A stretch of DNA of 41,983 nt. Source: Octopus bimaculoides. Lineage: Eukaryota. The position numbers were made by a program, and so were the translations under genes. The DNA lies in NCBI RefSeq assembly GCF_001194135.2, contig NC_068990.1, positions 73,583,588 through 73,625,570 on the forward strand, written 5' to 3'. This document shows, in pieces, positions 11,461-23,325 of this stretch (its first letter is position 1; each line of letters begins with the position of its first letter). The notes beneath the pieces are model-generated. The model was not told the DNA's origin, ran no database searches, and saw only the letters and a list, made by a program, of their open reading frames with translations.

Positions 11461-12573
11461 GAAAGAACTTCAGAAAAAGTGAAATCTGAGAAAAAAAAAA
11501 AGAAAAGGACAAAAAGACTGTAACATTTCTATCAACCAAAGAAATATCATCAGAGACCCTGTAATGATTAATAGAGAGAAGCATTTATCTATGTTCTCCT
11601 TCTTTCACCCTTTCTTTGTTTCTTCCTGCTTTCTCCTTCTATATGTATATGGTTTTGTGGTTAATCAAATATCGCCAATATCATTGAAGAATACACCATT
11701 GTGCTGGTATCAGGTTATGAAGTATAGACATGTAATTTATTCAGTCAAGTGTGACTGACCCAATTATCTATGTTAACTTGTTTCTTTGAGAATTAATATA
11801 AAATTTTATTTGAATTTTATTGTGGTTAAATCTGTTTTACAATGTTGAACTAAATCATGGATTGTGGAAACCACAACAAAGAATGCAGATCTGTAACAAA
11901 CTCGAGTTCAAAATGTCAAATTTCTCTTATTATTGATATCTATTTTGAATAGTTTTAAGTTTTGTTTACCATTTGATTTTAACAGGTCTGTAGTTTATTG
12001 CACTTCTCTTTGGTAATTTTGTCAGTTCATAATTCTTCACATCTTTCCTTATTTAGGACATAAATGTCAGCCAAATGTTGCAAGAAACTATATGATATTT
12101 TGTAATTATGGAGAACAAAATTTTGTAAATAAAATTATTTTTTTCCTTCTCTTTCTTGAAAAATATTGCCAAATTTATGAGGTGGTAAATTGTCACCAAA
12201 TTTTCAAAAACAATAGTCATATATTGGAATCTTAGAACTAGCTATCAGGTCATCAATTATAAAGAATTAGTAGTTCAAAAACATTGCTATGTATGATATA
12301 AAATAACACACTACCTAGTATGGTTTGCCTATAAAATGAACATGGAATTATTCTAGAAATTTCTACTGGTATTTCTCAGTAGGCTAAAAGGCTGCCATTA
12401 AAAAGCATTTAAGTTAAAATCAAAGATTCTCTCTCTCTCTCTCACTCTCTCACTCCTTCACACACACACATGCACACACACATTTGCATACCACCAATGC
12501 AATTTAGAATAAATTCATTTAATTGTGAATGGTCAGAGTTAGTGCAAAGGTTTAAAGCAATATTGCTTTAACT

Positions 12574-12918
12574 TGATGTTCCCAAACTTTTTAGGGCTGC
12601 CGCACCCTTGACACCTGGGCCACATTCTTAGCTCCCCACCCCAACTAACCATCACAAACAGACTTCCTTCTAAAGCAAATTCAAAGCAATCATATTTCAC
12701 AAATAAAACTCAACCAAATGAACCCATTATTTTGTTGTTTTTACATGAGACGCTGCCCCATTATTGCCCCACTTTTACATGAATTACTCCCTCATTATCG
12801 CCCCCACTTTTCTTCAACACCACCTTGGAAGTTTCCCCCCCCATGGAAGTTTCCACCACCCCCATGGAAGTTTCCACCACCCCCAGAGGGGCAATACTGT
12901 CCACTTTGGGAACCACTG
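12574..12918 (+). mobile_element. hAT (Charlie-like) MITE
   Basis: Decayed 5' TIR tgatgttcccaaac and 3' TIR tttgggaaccactg (12905-12918). Imperfect 8-bp TSD-like flanks ctttaact/ttttaacc. Internal C-rich 18-21 bp repeats. Confidence 0.6.
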
Positions 12919-13037
12919 TTTTAACCTATATAGTGAATCCTGTATTTACTATCTGCTTGTATACTTAAACACAGCCACACACAAGACAATATATATATGT
13001 GTGCGTAAGTGAGTAGGCATGTGTATATTTGTGTATG

Positions 13038-13039
<2 letters not shown>

Positions 13040-13074
<35 letters not shown>

Positions 13075-13538
13075 GTTTAACGTCCGCTTTCCATGCTAGC
13101 ATGGGTTGGACGATTTGATTGAAGACTGGTGAACCAGATGGCTGCACCAGGCTCCAATCTCATCTGGCAGAGTTTCTACAGCTGGATGCCCTTCCTAATG
13201 CCAACCACTTCAAGAGTGTAATGGGTGCTTTTACATGCCACCGGCATGAGGGCCAGTCAGGCGGTACTGGCAACAGCCACTCAAATGATGTTTTTTACGT
13301 GCCACCTGCACAGGAGCCAGTCCAGTGACACTGGCAACGACCTCGCACAAATGTTTCTTCATGTGACACCGGCACAAGTGTCAGTAAGCCGACACTGGTA
13401 ACAATCATGCTCAGATGGTGTTTTTTATGTGCCATCGGCATGGAAGCCAGACAGCTGCTCTGGCAATGATCATGCTTGGATGGTGCCGTTAACGCTTTAC
13501 TGGTACGGGTGCCAGTCATCGAATTTGGTTCGATTTCG
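13040..13538 (-). mobile_element. RTE LINE 3' UTR/tail (or RTE-tailed non-autonomous element) with ~64-bp internal repeats and (TGA)n end
   Basis: Reverse complement of 19641-19825 and 36790-36970. Five repeat units start at ~13224, 13287, 13350, 13417 and 13482. Confidence 0.8.
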
Positions 13539-13539
13539 A

Positions 13540-13606
13540 TTTGGTTCCCACAATGAGGAGGGAACCAGGCTGCTGGAGTTCTGCGATGCAAATGATCTTA
13601 TGGTTT
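13540..13606 (+). mobile_element. RTE LINE apurinic endonuclease fragment
   Basis: FGSHNEEGTRLLEFCDANDLMV matches the APE motif G.RN..G..LLEFC....L.v.NT.F. Confidence 0.8.
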
Positions 13607-14102
13607 ACCCCCCCCCCNNNNNNNNNNNNNNNNNNNNNNNNNNNNNNNNNNNNNNNNNNNNNNNNNNNNNNNNNNNNNNNNNNNNNNNNNNNNNNNNNNN
13701 NNNNNNNNNNNNNNNNNNNNNNNNNNNNNNNNNNNNNNNNNNNNNNNNNNNNNNNNNNNNNNNNNNNNNNNNNNNNNNNNNNNNNNNNNNNNNNNNNNNN
13801 NNNNNNNNNNNNNNNNNNNNNNNNNNNNNNNNNNNNNNNNNNNNNNNNNNNNNNNNNNNNNNNNNNNNNNNNNNNNNNNNNNNNNNNNNNNNNNNNNNNN
13901 NNNNNNNNNNNNNNNNNNNNNNNNNNNNNNNNNNNNNNNNNNNNNNNNNNNNNNNNNNNNNNNNNNNNNNNNNNNNNNNNNNNNNNNNNNNNNNNNNNNN
14001 NNNNNNNNNNNNNNNNNNNNNNNNNNNNNNNNNNNNNNNNNNNNNNNNNNNNNNNNNNNNNNNNTATGTATGTATGTATGTATATGCATATACATATATA
14101 TA

Positions 14103-14156
<54 letters not shown>

Positions 14157-14370
14157 CACACACACACATACACACGTACACACATGCAGACACACACACA
14201 CACACACACAGATATACACTCGCACACACATTTGCAGACATGTTCTTGTAAAATATACCAAATATACGACGAGAGGTTGTGCAGATAATATAACTTAATT
14301 CCTTTCATACATAAAATGTTTTATTTATTGTTTCTTCACCATAAAATTAATTGAATCAACTCCATATTAC

Positions 14371-14392
14371 CTTCGATATTTAATTTGTTTGC
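14371..14392 (-). other. Possible 22-nt micro-exon
   Basis: Acceptor ttctttttcattcttatattgcAG|G and donor AAG|GTAATA. Reads GKQIKYR (phase 1) or ANKLNIE (phase 0). Confidence 0.15.
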
Positions 14393-14940
14393 CTGCAATA
14401 TAAGAATGAAAAAGAAACCTACAAAATTAGCCTATTTTACAACTTCTGCTTTTAGCCTCATTACTTAGCCTATATTAACCAAAATTCTTGAGAAATGTAT
14501 TAATTTCTTACCATTGCATTCTCTGCTTTTGAATCTTTTGTGCAACAAATCTGTTGATGAATGGAGCATTAGTTAACTTCTGCAATCTCCCCTCACTGGA
14601 ATGAGTGAATAAGATGAAAAAAAAAAATGTATTATAATTTAATCTTTAAACATACGACCTTCTTTTCTGGTTAATGATATTTAGAATTACTCCCTCTGTC
14701 TGCCATATCTGCTTGAGTGGCACAGGTTTTGTTAGTTTAACCATTTCAATTCCCAGATATTTTGAATTCATTTCAGGAGTTGGTTTTGCTCTTCTCCAAG
14801 AACTGGTCATTTTGTATTTTTAACAATTCTCTCTAATGGTGCATGATACTTCAGGCTGTCTAGAAAATATCTCTAATTTCTTTGTAATTTTTGAATTGGC
14901 TCCCCTCTTACACATGACAGTGCATGTTTTGAATGATTAC

Positions 14941-14951
14941 AGTTGTTGTTG

Positions 14952-15012
<61 letters not shown>

Positions 15013-15015
15013 TAT
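14941..15015. repeat. (GTT)n/(ATT)n microsatellite
   Basis: Direct inspection. Confidence 0.9.
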
Positions 15016-15499
15016 TTCTTTGGTGACTGTTCAGCTTTTACAAGCCCATTATGAAGTAGATAAGAAATTTGAGTAAAAAGTCGTGAAAGTTTGGTTTTGA
15101 AGTCCATATTCTGTCAATATGTTTCAACATGTTTTAACACAAGTAAATAAGGGAGCCAAAAAGTGTCAATTTCAGTTAGTAGAAATAGCAGCCAAATTTC
15201 TCTTAAACAGCACTCTGTTATCATAAAAGTAGAAGTGACACATGGGATAACATAGTTTTGGATACCCACTAAAGTGTTATTTCTACTGAAGATGGGCCAA
15301 GTGAATTCCAGTAAGACCTGTAAGGATTGAAAAGTGGAATGGACAATTTGTAATGTCTAATAAAATCAAGATGATTTTATACATTTTAAACTTGTCCAAG
15401 ACCATGACAAAGAAAGAATTAAAGAGATTCAACTTCATCTTTATCTTATTAATAATAAGTTGGGTGGAAGAAAAAAATATTTTACTAATATTTTGGCAG

Positions 15500-15660
15500 G
15501 GAGAAAGGAAGTGAACAGGCAGAATTGTCAGCATGGTGAGCAATTCATCCTTTCAGGGTCGATAAAATAAGTACTAGTTGAGTACAGGGGTTGATGTAAT
15601 CGATTTATCTCCTCCCCCAAGCTTACTGGCTTTGTACCAAAATTTGAAACCAATATTTTG
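15500..15660 (+). mobile_element. Third SINE family (C), internally deleted copy
   Basis: ggcagaattgtcagcatgg...ttcatcctttcagggtcgataaaataagtac...gatgtaatcgatt...ccaaaatttgaaacc. Related decayed minus-strand pieces at ~17270-17360 and ~40620-40700. Confidence 0.6.
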
Positions 15661-16314
15661 GCAGGGACAGTGGTTGGTATTTGTCATCACAGCTGGAGCA
15701 CCTTTTATCATAGGCCTGCTGAAATAATACTGACCTGGCTATTTTATAATACAAGCAAAACTTAAATTCACTTATTAGCTTTCAGCTTTTTGGTTGAATT
15801 ATTTTAATTACTATTTCATCTTTTTATTTATTTTATTCTATGATCATGAGTGTTACTACACAAAACTCAATGACATATATTCATGATCGATCTCACAATG
15901 CCAATTTCTTGAATGGACTATAACTATGACCAAAGACATTTTGAGTTTATAGCACCTTAATTGACCAATAGACAAGAAGTAAACTACCTCACAGTTGCTT
16001 GACCTGCAAAAATTAGCTGCCAAATCTTTCTCACTTCACATGCTGTCATGTGTGTGTATGTGTGTGTGTGTGTTTATAGAAGAGCAGCATTAATAATGTG
16101 ATCTGAGGTAAACTATGCTAGAAAAATTGGTTAGGCCTGCTTAGAATGATTTGGATCAAATGAATATTTTATGGAGGCTGAACTGGGAATGGGGCAAAAA
16201 CAAAGACAGCAATCTTGATTGAGTAATGCACTGGTACTTGCCCCAAGTTCCATAATTCTTACCTATCATTTAAGGTTAAATATCAATCTTATCTTTGCTC
16301 TCCCTTCTGCAAGT

Positions 16315-16560
16315 GGAGGCATGTGGCTTAGTGGTTAGGGTGTTGGACTCATGATTGTAAGATTGTGGTTTTGATTCCTGGATCTAACAATGTGTTGTGT
16401 TTGTTCTTGAGCAAGACACTTCATTTCATATTGCTCCAGTCCACTCAGCTGGCAAAACTTAATAGCTCTGTGATGGACTGGTGTCCTGTCTAGATAGGGA
16501 AAATATATGCCATGGAAACCAGGAAACCAGCCCTTACAAATCAGCATGACTCGAGAAGGA
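16315..16560 (+). mobile_element. tRNA-derived SINE family B
   Basis: A box gtggcttagtggttaggg, decayed B box ggttttgattcc, then cttgagcaagacacttcatttcac..tgctccagtccactcagctggcaaa. Confidence 0.8.
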
Positions 16561-16793
16561 AACTCCCATTTGCATGGGCATGTCCCTTTATTTGTTTTGC
16601 AGCAAAATGTAAGCAATTATCAATAGTGTTGATTACTTTTTTTGTAGGTATATATATATATATATATATATATNNNNNNNNNNATAATAACTGAATATTA
16701 AATGTAAATCTAAGCACCTCATTTCTACAAGGCAACCATTTCTAATTTGTCAAAAAGTTTTACAATTGAACAAAAAAAAAGAAGAAAAGAAAA

Positions 16794-16794
<1 letters not shown>

Positions 16795-16866
<72 letters not shown>
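16795..16866. repeat. (AAT)n microsatellite
   Basis: About 23 units. Confidence 0.95.
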
Positions 16867-16868
<2 letters not shown>

Positions 16869-17384
16869 GGGAAAACTAACATCACAAAAAAGAACCACAG
16901 ATATAAAATTTAAACAACAACAACAAAAAACAGGGAAGTGAACAGGAGAAAATGAAAAAGTGAATAAAAATAACTAAAATAAGGAAATAAACTTTAGAGC
17001 AAATTCTTTGATCACTGATAGATGGAACTGGAAAAGAAACAAGATAATGAAGCAAATGAAGCTAAAGGTTATCAGGAGGAACCAAGAGATAATTATTTAT
17101 TTGGTAAGAAACTAAATATGAGATATTATCTCAATGAAAAATAATTGTTTGTCACATTGGCACAAGGCCATAAATTCACAAGAGAGGGAAAAAGAAGAAA
17201 TGGAGTAAAGCTGGAGTAAACCTTGCTGTGTGATTGATATTTATTTTATTTTATTTTATTTTTGTCTTACAGACCCAGGAAGAATTGAAAGAGCAAAGTC
17301 AGCTCCTGTTCTTACTAGGGTTTGAACACAGGATGTTAAGGAAGATTATTAAATACTGTGAGATATTTATATGATCAGATCTCA

Positions 17385-17534
17385 GAGCATGTGGTTGTGT
17401 GGTTAAGACGTTTGTCTCTGACCACATTGTTCCAGTTTCAGTCCCACTGCATGACACCTTGGGCATTTTCTACTATAACCTCAGATTGATCAAAGGCTTG
17501 TGAGTGGATTTGGTAGATGGAAACTGAGAGAATC

Positions 17535-17581
<47 letters not shown>

Positions 17582-17820
17582 ATGTGTGCATGTGTGTCTT
17601 TGTGTCTGTGTTTGTCCCTTACCACTGCATGACAACTGGTGTTAGTGCGTTTACATCCTTATAACTTAGTGGTTCAGCAAAAGAGACCAATAGAATAAAG
17701 TACTAGGCTATAAAAAATATGTACTGGAGATTGGTCCTTTCAACTAAGAATTCTTGAAGGCAGTGGCCCAGCATGACCACAGTCCAATGATAGAAACAAG
17801 TTAGAGAAAATAAAAAAAAA
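17385..17820 (+). mobile_element. SINE family A, near full length, decayed
   Basis: Head, central (TA)n and 3' half all colinear with 33384-33691 and 36393-37195. Confidence 0.85.
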
Positions 17821-18072
17821 TAATGTGGCAAGCTTGAAAAGAAAAGATGAAAATTTCACTTAACTAAAATTATTCATGCAATTAGTAGACTAAGACTTCC
17901 TCAAAGCCTGTTTGAAATCTGATAAAAAAAGAAACAACTCAACTCAAAACAAGTGAGATGACTTGAATAACATCAGCCAAACAATTTTATGCTAAATAAA
18001 CATAGTGCAGAAAGGAGTAGATCTGATATTTAAAGCCAAATGATGAAAGCAGAAGACATGTTTCTGTCGTAC

Positions 18073-18132
18073 CAAACCTCTTCAGCATGATATTTTCTAC
18101 TTGTTTACAATCAATGATATGGTTTAAGGGAC
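18073..18132 (-). CDS. Candidate 60-nt phase 1-1 coding exon (PLNHIIDCKQVENIMLKRF), host gene unknown
   Basis: Acceptor ctccttttcgatacAG, donor TTG|GTACGA, only one open frame, symmetric phases. No confident homology. Confidence 0.2.
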
Positions 18133-18332
18133 TGTATCGAAAAGGAGTATTCTGCATGCTAAATTCTCATACAGAATAGTCTTTTATATGTAACAGAGTA
18201 TGATATTTAGACTGATGTTCTAAAATTTGTGCCAACTCATTATCTAAGTATTAAAAACTTCTTAATGAATTTAAGCCACTTAACTTAGGTATCTTCATCA
18301 TCTGAAGAAGCCTGTTGTATATATTTCATACA

Positions 18333-18339
<7 letters not shown>

Positions 18340-18412
<73 letters not shown>

Positions 18413-18440
18413 TATATATATAAGTATATGTATATATATA

Positions 18441-18480
<40 letters not shown>
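18340..18480. repeat. (TA)n compound microsatellite
   Basis: Direct inspection. Similar large TA/CA/GT mosaics lie at 21000-21240, 21590-21960, 22730-22915, 30660-30930 and 41080-41270. Confidence 0.95.
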
Positions 18481-18485
<5 letters not shown>

Positions 18486-18899
18486 TTGAGAAAATATAAG
18501 ACATTAACTAGAAAGGAAAATAAATCTTTAATACAGGATTACATCACACAAAAAGCCAACATTTTCCCATTACATAAGTTTCTTTGGATATAATCGTTTA
18601 ATGTTACAATATACTAATTGGTTGGTCCATATTTAATCAACTGTGATACCAAATATGTCCAAAAGTTTATGGTAATATAATTTTTTCTAGGCAACTCACT
18701 TGCACAGAGATCAAACAAGAACTGAAATTTCAGTATCCTTAAAGGATTCTGATGAAATACTGGGAGAGGGAAAGTAGAAAGAAAGAAGGCTTAGATGTAA
18801 TATGATATGTTAAGAAAAGTCAGTTCAGTGTTTATAAGCTTGGTTTGACTAAAGCCTTGTGAACAGATTTGATAGATGGAAACTGAAAGAAGTGTGTTG

Positions 18900-18941
<42 letters not shown>

Positions 18942-19056
18942 ATATATATATATATATATATATATATCATCATCATCATCATCGTTTGATGATGATGATG
19001 ATAATATATATATTGTATATATATATATATATATATAGATATATATTGTGCATATT

Positions 19057-19630
19057 GAGTACAGTAATGAATTCCGGGTAGAGGTAGGGGTCCACCAAGG
19101 TTCCACCAAGGTTCCACCCTCAGCCCCCTCCTATTTATCATAGTCCTCCAGGTGATCACAGAGGAATTCAAGACAGGTTGCCCCTGGGAGCTCCTCTATG
19201 CTGATGACCTTGCATTAATTGCGGAGTCACTATCAGAACTAGAGGAGAAGTTTCAGGTGTAGAAGCAAGGACTAGAATCGAAGGGCCTTAGAGTCAAGAT
19301 AGCTAAAACTAAAATCCTAATAAGTAGGAAGGTAGATAAAACACAAACCCCTTCAGGTAGATGGCCCTGCTCAGTATGTAGAAAAGGAGTAGGTAGTAAC
19401 TCTATAAGATGTACCCAGTGCAAGCTATGGACACATAAGAGGTGCAGCAATATCAAAGGCAGGTTAACTAGGAAGTTAGTTTTTGTATGTGGCAGATGTT
19501 CAGGTGCAATAAACACTGTAAACAAACAGGAAACAACTTCTATCTCATTCCAGAGAGAAAAACTAGAGGTAGTCGATAGCTTCCGCTATCTGGGTGACCA
19601 AGTTAGTAGTGGGGGTGGGTGCACTGAAAG
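19057..19630 (+). pseudogene. RTE-clade reverse transcriptase fragment with an inserted C4HC3 (PHD-type) finger
   Basis: EFRVEVGVHQGS / (11-bp duplication ccaccaaggtt, frameshift) / TLSPLLFIIVL...WELLYADDLALIA (YADD 19197-19208)...stop TAG 19260...WPCSVCRKGVGSNSIRCTQCKLWTHKRCSNIKGRLTRKLVFVCGRC...VDSFRYLGD. Confidence 0.93.
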
Positions 19631-19640
19631 NNNNNNNNNN

Positions 19641-19793
19641 TACACTCTCTGAGTGGTTGGCGTTAGGAAGGGCATCCAGCTGTAGAAACTCTGCCAAATT
19701 AGATTGGAGGCTGGTGTTGCCATCCGGTTTCACCAGTCCTCAGTCAAATCGTCCAACCCATGTTAGCATGGAAAGCGGATATTAAACGACGAC

Positions 19794-19825
<32 letters not shown>
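19641..19825 (+). mobile_element. RTE-type 3' tail ending in (GAC)/(GAT)n
   Basis: ggcgttaggaagggcatccagctgtagaaac...caacccatgttagcatggaaagcggatattaaacgacgacgatgatg. Follows the RT fragment across a 10-N gap. Confidence 0.8.
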
Positions 19826-19826
<1 letters not shown>

Positions 19827-19854
19827 ATATATATATATATATATATATACAATA

Positions 19855-20245
19855 GTAGTTTCGATTCCCGGACTGAGCAGAGCAATGTGTTCTTGAGCAA
19901 AACACTTCATTTCATGTTGCTCCAGTCCCTCAGCTGGCAAAAATTCTAGTTAGGGCATATATTTGCCATGAAACCAGGAAACGAGCCCTTATGAGTTGGC
20001 ATGACTCGAGAAAGTAACTTTTTTGTTTTACTGTCTCCTTTTCGTGACATCATGTGATCGCTGTAAGCAAATATCACCATCATGCAAGCAGTCTTCTCCA
20101 TTCCCTATTTTCTGTGAAAATATGCCTGGTTATGGAACAATATTACCTTACTTGGAAACAAATGGAGGGTGGTGACAAAAATATCCACCTTATTGATAAG
20201 ATCCTGTCCAACTCAAAGCAAGAAAATGTAAATGTTAAAACAATG
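19855..20245 (+). mobile_element. SINE family B, 5'-truncated
   Basis: gtttcgattcccgga...cttgagcaaaacacttcatttcatgttgctccagtcc; homologous to 16370-16560. Confidence 0.75.
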
Positions 20246-20610
20246 ACAAGAGCACTCAGAGAGTGTGAACCTTCACCAAGGCAACATCAATGTTCTCTCA
20301 ATAATTAGATGGAGATAATTTTTAAAATGAGAATATCTGAAATAAACTCGACTGCTCTCACAAACAAGAATACTAAAAATGAACCCGAGCGCTCTCAAAA
20401 GTTAAGTAAAAAAAGAACAGGAAAAATAATCCAAAATCCTTGTCCGGTACTAGATTGATCCCAAAATCTAATGAGTTCATGCCATTTGTGAGGCTAAACA
20501 TCCCTGAAAGTTTCATTTGAATCCATCCAGTGGTTCTTGAGATATTTTGTCCACGGACAAACAAACATTACTGAAAACAATACCCCACCTTCGCTAATGT
20601 GGGGTAACAA
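20246..20610 (+). mobile_element. Non-autonomous Helentron/Helitron-like element, copy 2
   Basis: acaagagcactcagagag start; colinear with 1947-2313; 3' hairpin CCCCAC...GTGGGG (20583-20604). Confidence 0.65.
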
Positions 20611-20794
20611 AGATGAGGATGCTTTTACTGAATTTGCAATATATGAAGTCCACCAACTATCATGTGACCCTGCTGCATCACTTGCATTAAAACTGTCATT
20701 GGTTTTATTTACTTTTAGAACCCTTGATTTTAGACTCTACTTCTCCATGTGCAACCATTTTTTCTATAATCCTTCGTCTGATTACGCTATCAGA

Positions 20795-20834
<40 letters not shown>

Positions 20835-21027
20835 TATGGGCAATGTATGAGGTTTGTTTAAAGAGAATACAAAATTATAGCTGACTGAGATTTGAACCTA
20901 CATCTTCAGGTTTTAATTCTTCTATATTCAAGCAATCTCTATTTACCACAAGCTTCCTTCCTCCCCTACCTATACCTGCACAGATGACTGTTTCTACCCA
21001 TGAATACATACATATATACATACACAC

Positions 21028-21087
<60 letters not shown>

Positions 21088-21111
21088 TACATGCACACAC
21101 ATATGTGTGCG

Positions 21112-21146
<35 letters not shown>

Positions 21147-21633
21147 GTATGTATGTATGTATGTAGCTGTCTGTCTATATAAATATAACATACACATATG
21201 CACACATGCTGCACCACACACACATACACAAATATATATTTGTACAAATTTTATCCTCAAAATTTATAATTGATTTCTTTCATTTTTAATAAAGTAAACC
21301 TTTCTTTACATTATAGTTTAACTAAAACTTCTGGAAAAGTAAAAAAAAAAGTTTATTTTGTTATTTTGGCATTATTATTTGTCTAGTAAATTCTAAATAA
21401 ACCTGTTTTAATAGAGTATAAGAATAATCATTAGGGAAGAATAAAATAAAAATAAGTTTGGAAAAAAAAACACAACATAAATAAATATAGTAAATTAAAT
21501 AAAAAGCAATTCTAAATATCTATACTTGGAATTGTGTTTAATCTAAATCTATGTTACTTGCGATGTGTTTGATGTGTTTATAATGTGATGGCATACATAC
21601 ATACACACATACATTCATACATACATACATACC

Positions 21634-21666
<33 letters not shown>

Positions 21667-21694
21667 ATATATATATATTTATGTACATACATTC

Positions 21695-21729
<35 letters not shown>

Positions 21730-21743
21730 TGCATTTATATCTG

Positions 21744-21827
<84 letters not shown>

Positions 21828-21921
21828 TATATATATAAATATATATATATATGTGTGTGTGTATGAATATATATATATATATATATGTATGTATACATAT
21901 ATATATGAACATGTGTGTGTG

Positions 21922-21953
<32 letters not shown>

Positions 21954-22870
21954 CACACTTATATGTGTATGTATTTGTACTTTTTTGTACATGTGTTTTT
22001 TGTTATTGTCTATAAAATGTGTATTTGTGAAACTATATGTGTGGTTGTGCATGTATTTGTGTAAGCTTATGTTTGTCTTGGCGTATTAGTGTTTTTGTCT
22101 CCCCCCACTCACCCACATTCTCTGGTTACTGGAATTGTAGAGTTTTTTTTTTTTCTTCCGTCAAATGAGATTATTTTTTGGTAAAAAGCAAAATAAAATA
22201 ATGCTATAAAAAGAGAAATAAAAGGGGGAAGAAAAAAAATTGTTCCTAAATGTTGCTTGAAAAATCCCTGTCACCACGCAATGGCTTATCTAAAGTCTGG
22301 TTGTGCTTCTGATTCTACAATTAAATTTGGTAAAGATTTTTGATTTTAACAAACATAATCTTTAACAGAAAAACAATTTTGCCTTTAACAAAAACAAAAG
22401 CCCAACAAATCACAATCTCTCTCCACTCTAGCTGAAGACAGAAATAAAAAAAAAAATACTGGTTTAATGTAGTTTTAGTTTATAAACCATTAGTCTAAAG
22501 ACACATCCTATCAGCTTCAGGAGGATTTTTTTTTTCCAGTTTTTCTCAGATTTCTTCTCCTATACTGATTTAAAAACAGAAAAAAGAATTTTAATGATTC
22601 CAAAGTTTTAAACCAAAAATGATATACTTCGATTTTTTTAAATAGTATTTCTGAACACACACATACACACACACAAGCACCTAAGCATACATGCCCACTT
22701 TTGTATATATCAGTATATGTTCAACAAAACATATATATATATTTATATACACATATGCATATATGTATGTGTATGTATATAAACAGCAAATATAAATATA
22801 AATATATATACATCTATACACATGTATATGTGTATATGTATGTGTATATGTATTCATAAATATGTGTATG

Positions 22871-22913
<43 letters not shown>

Positions 22914-22929
22914 AAGCAAGTATATATAT

Positions 22930-23325
22930 TCTTTTATTCTTTTACTTTTTCAGGTATTCAACTAGAGCCATACTGGAGCACCACCTTAAAGGGATTTTTA
23001 GTCAAGGAAATTGACCCCACGGCTTATTCTTTGTAAGACTAGAGCTTATTTTATTAGTAATTTTAGCCGAACGAAGTTACAGGGATGTAACCGCACCAAG
23101 TGATGGTGGGGACAGATACAGACACAAGGACACACACACACACACGCATATATACATATATATACGATGGGCTTCTCTCTGTTTCCATCTACCAAATCTA
23201 CTCACAAGGCTTTAGTTAGCCTGTGGCTTTAGTAGAAGACATTTGCCCAAGATGCCATACAGTGGGACTGAACCTGGAACCATGTGCTTGAGAATGAAGC
23301 ATCTTACCACACAGCCACTCCTGCG
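22930..23325 (-). mobile_element. SINE family A, full length
   Basis: Reverse complement head (cttaccacacagccactcctgcg at 23303-23325), central microsatellite and 3' tail. Confidence 0.88.

Noticed and set aside
14440-14800. Possible minus-strand RT remnant (SKYLG)
   Set aside because: Single short motif; the surrounding frames do not align convincingly.
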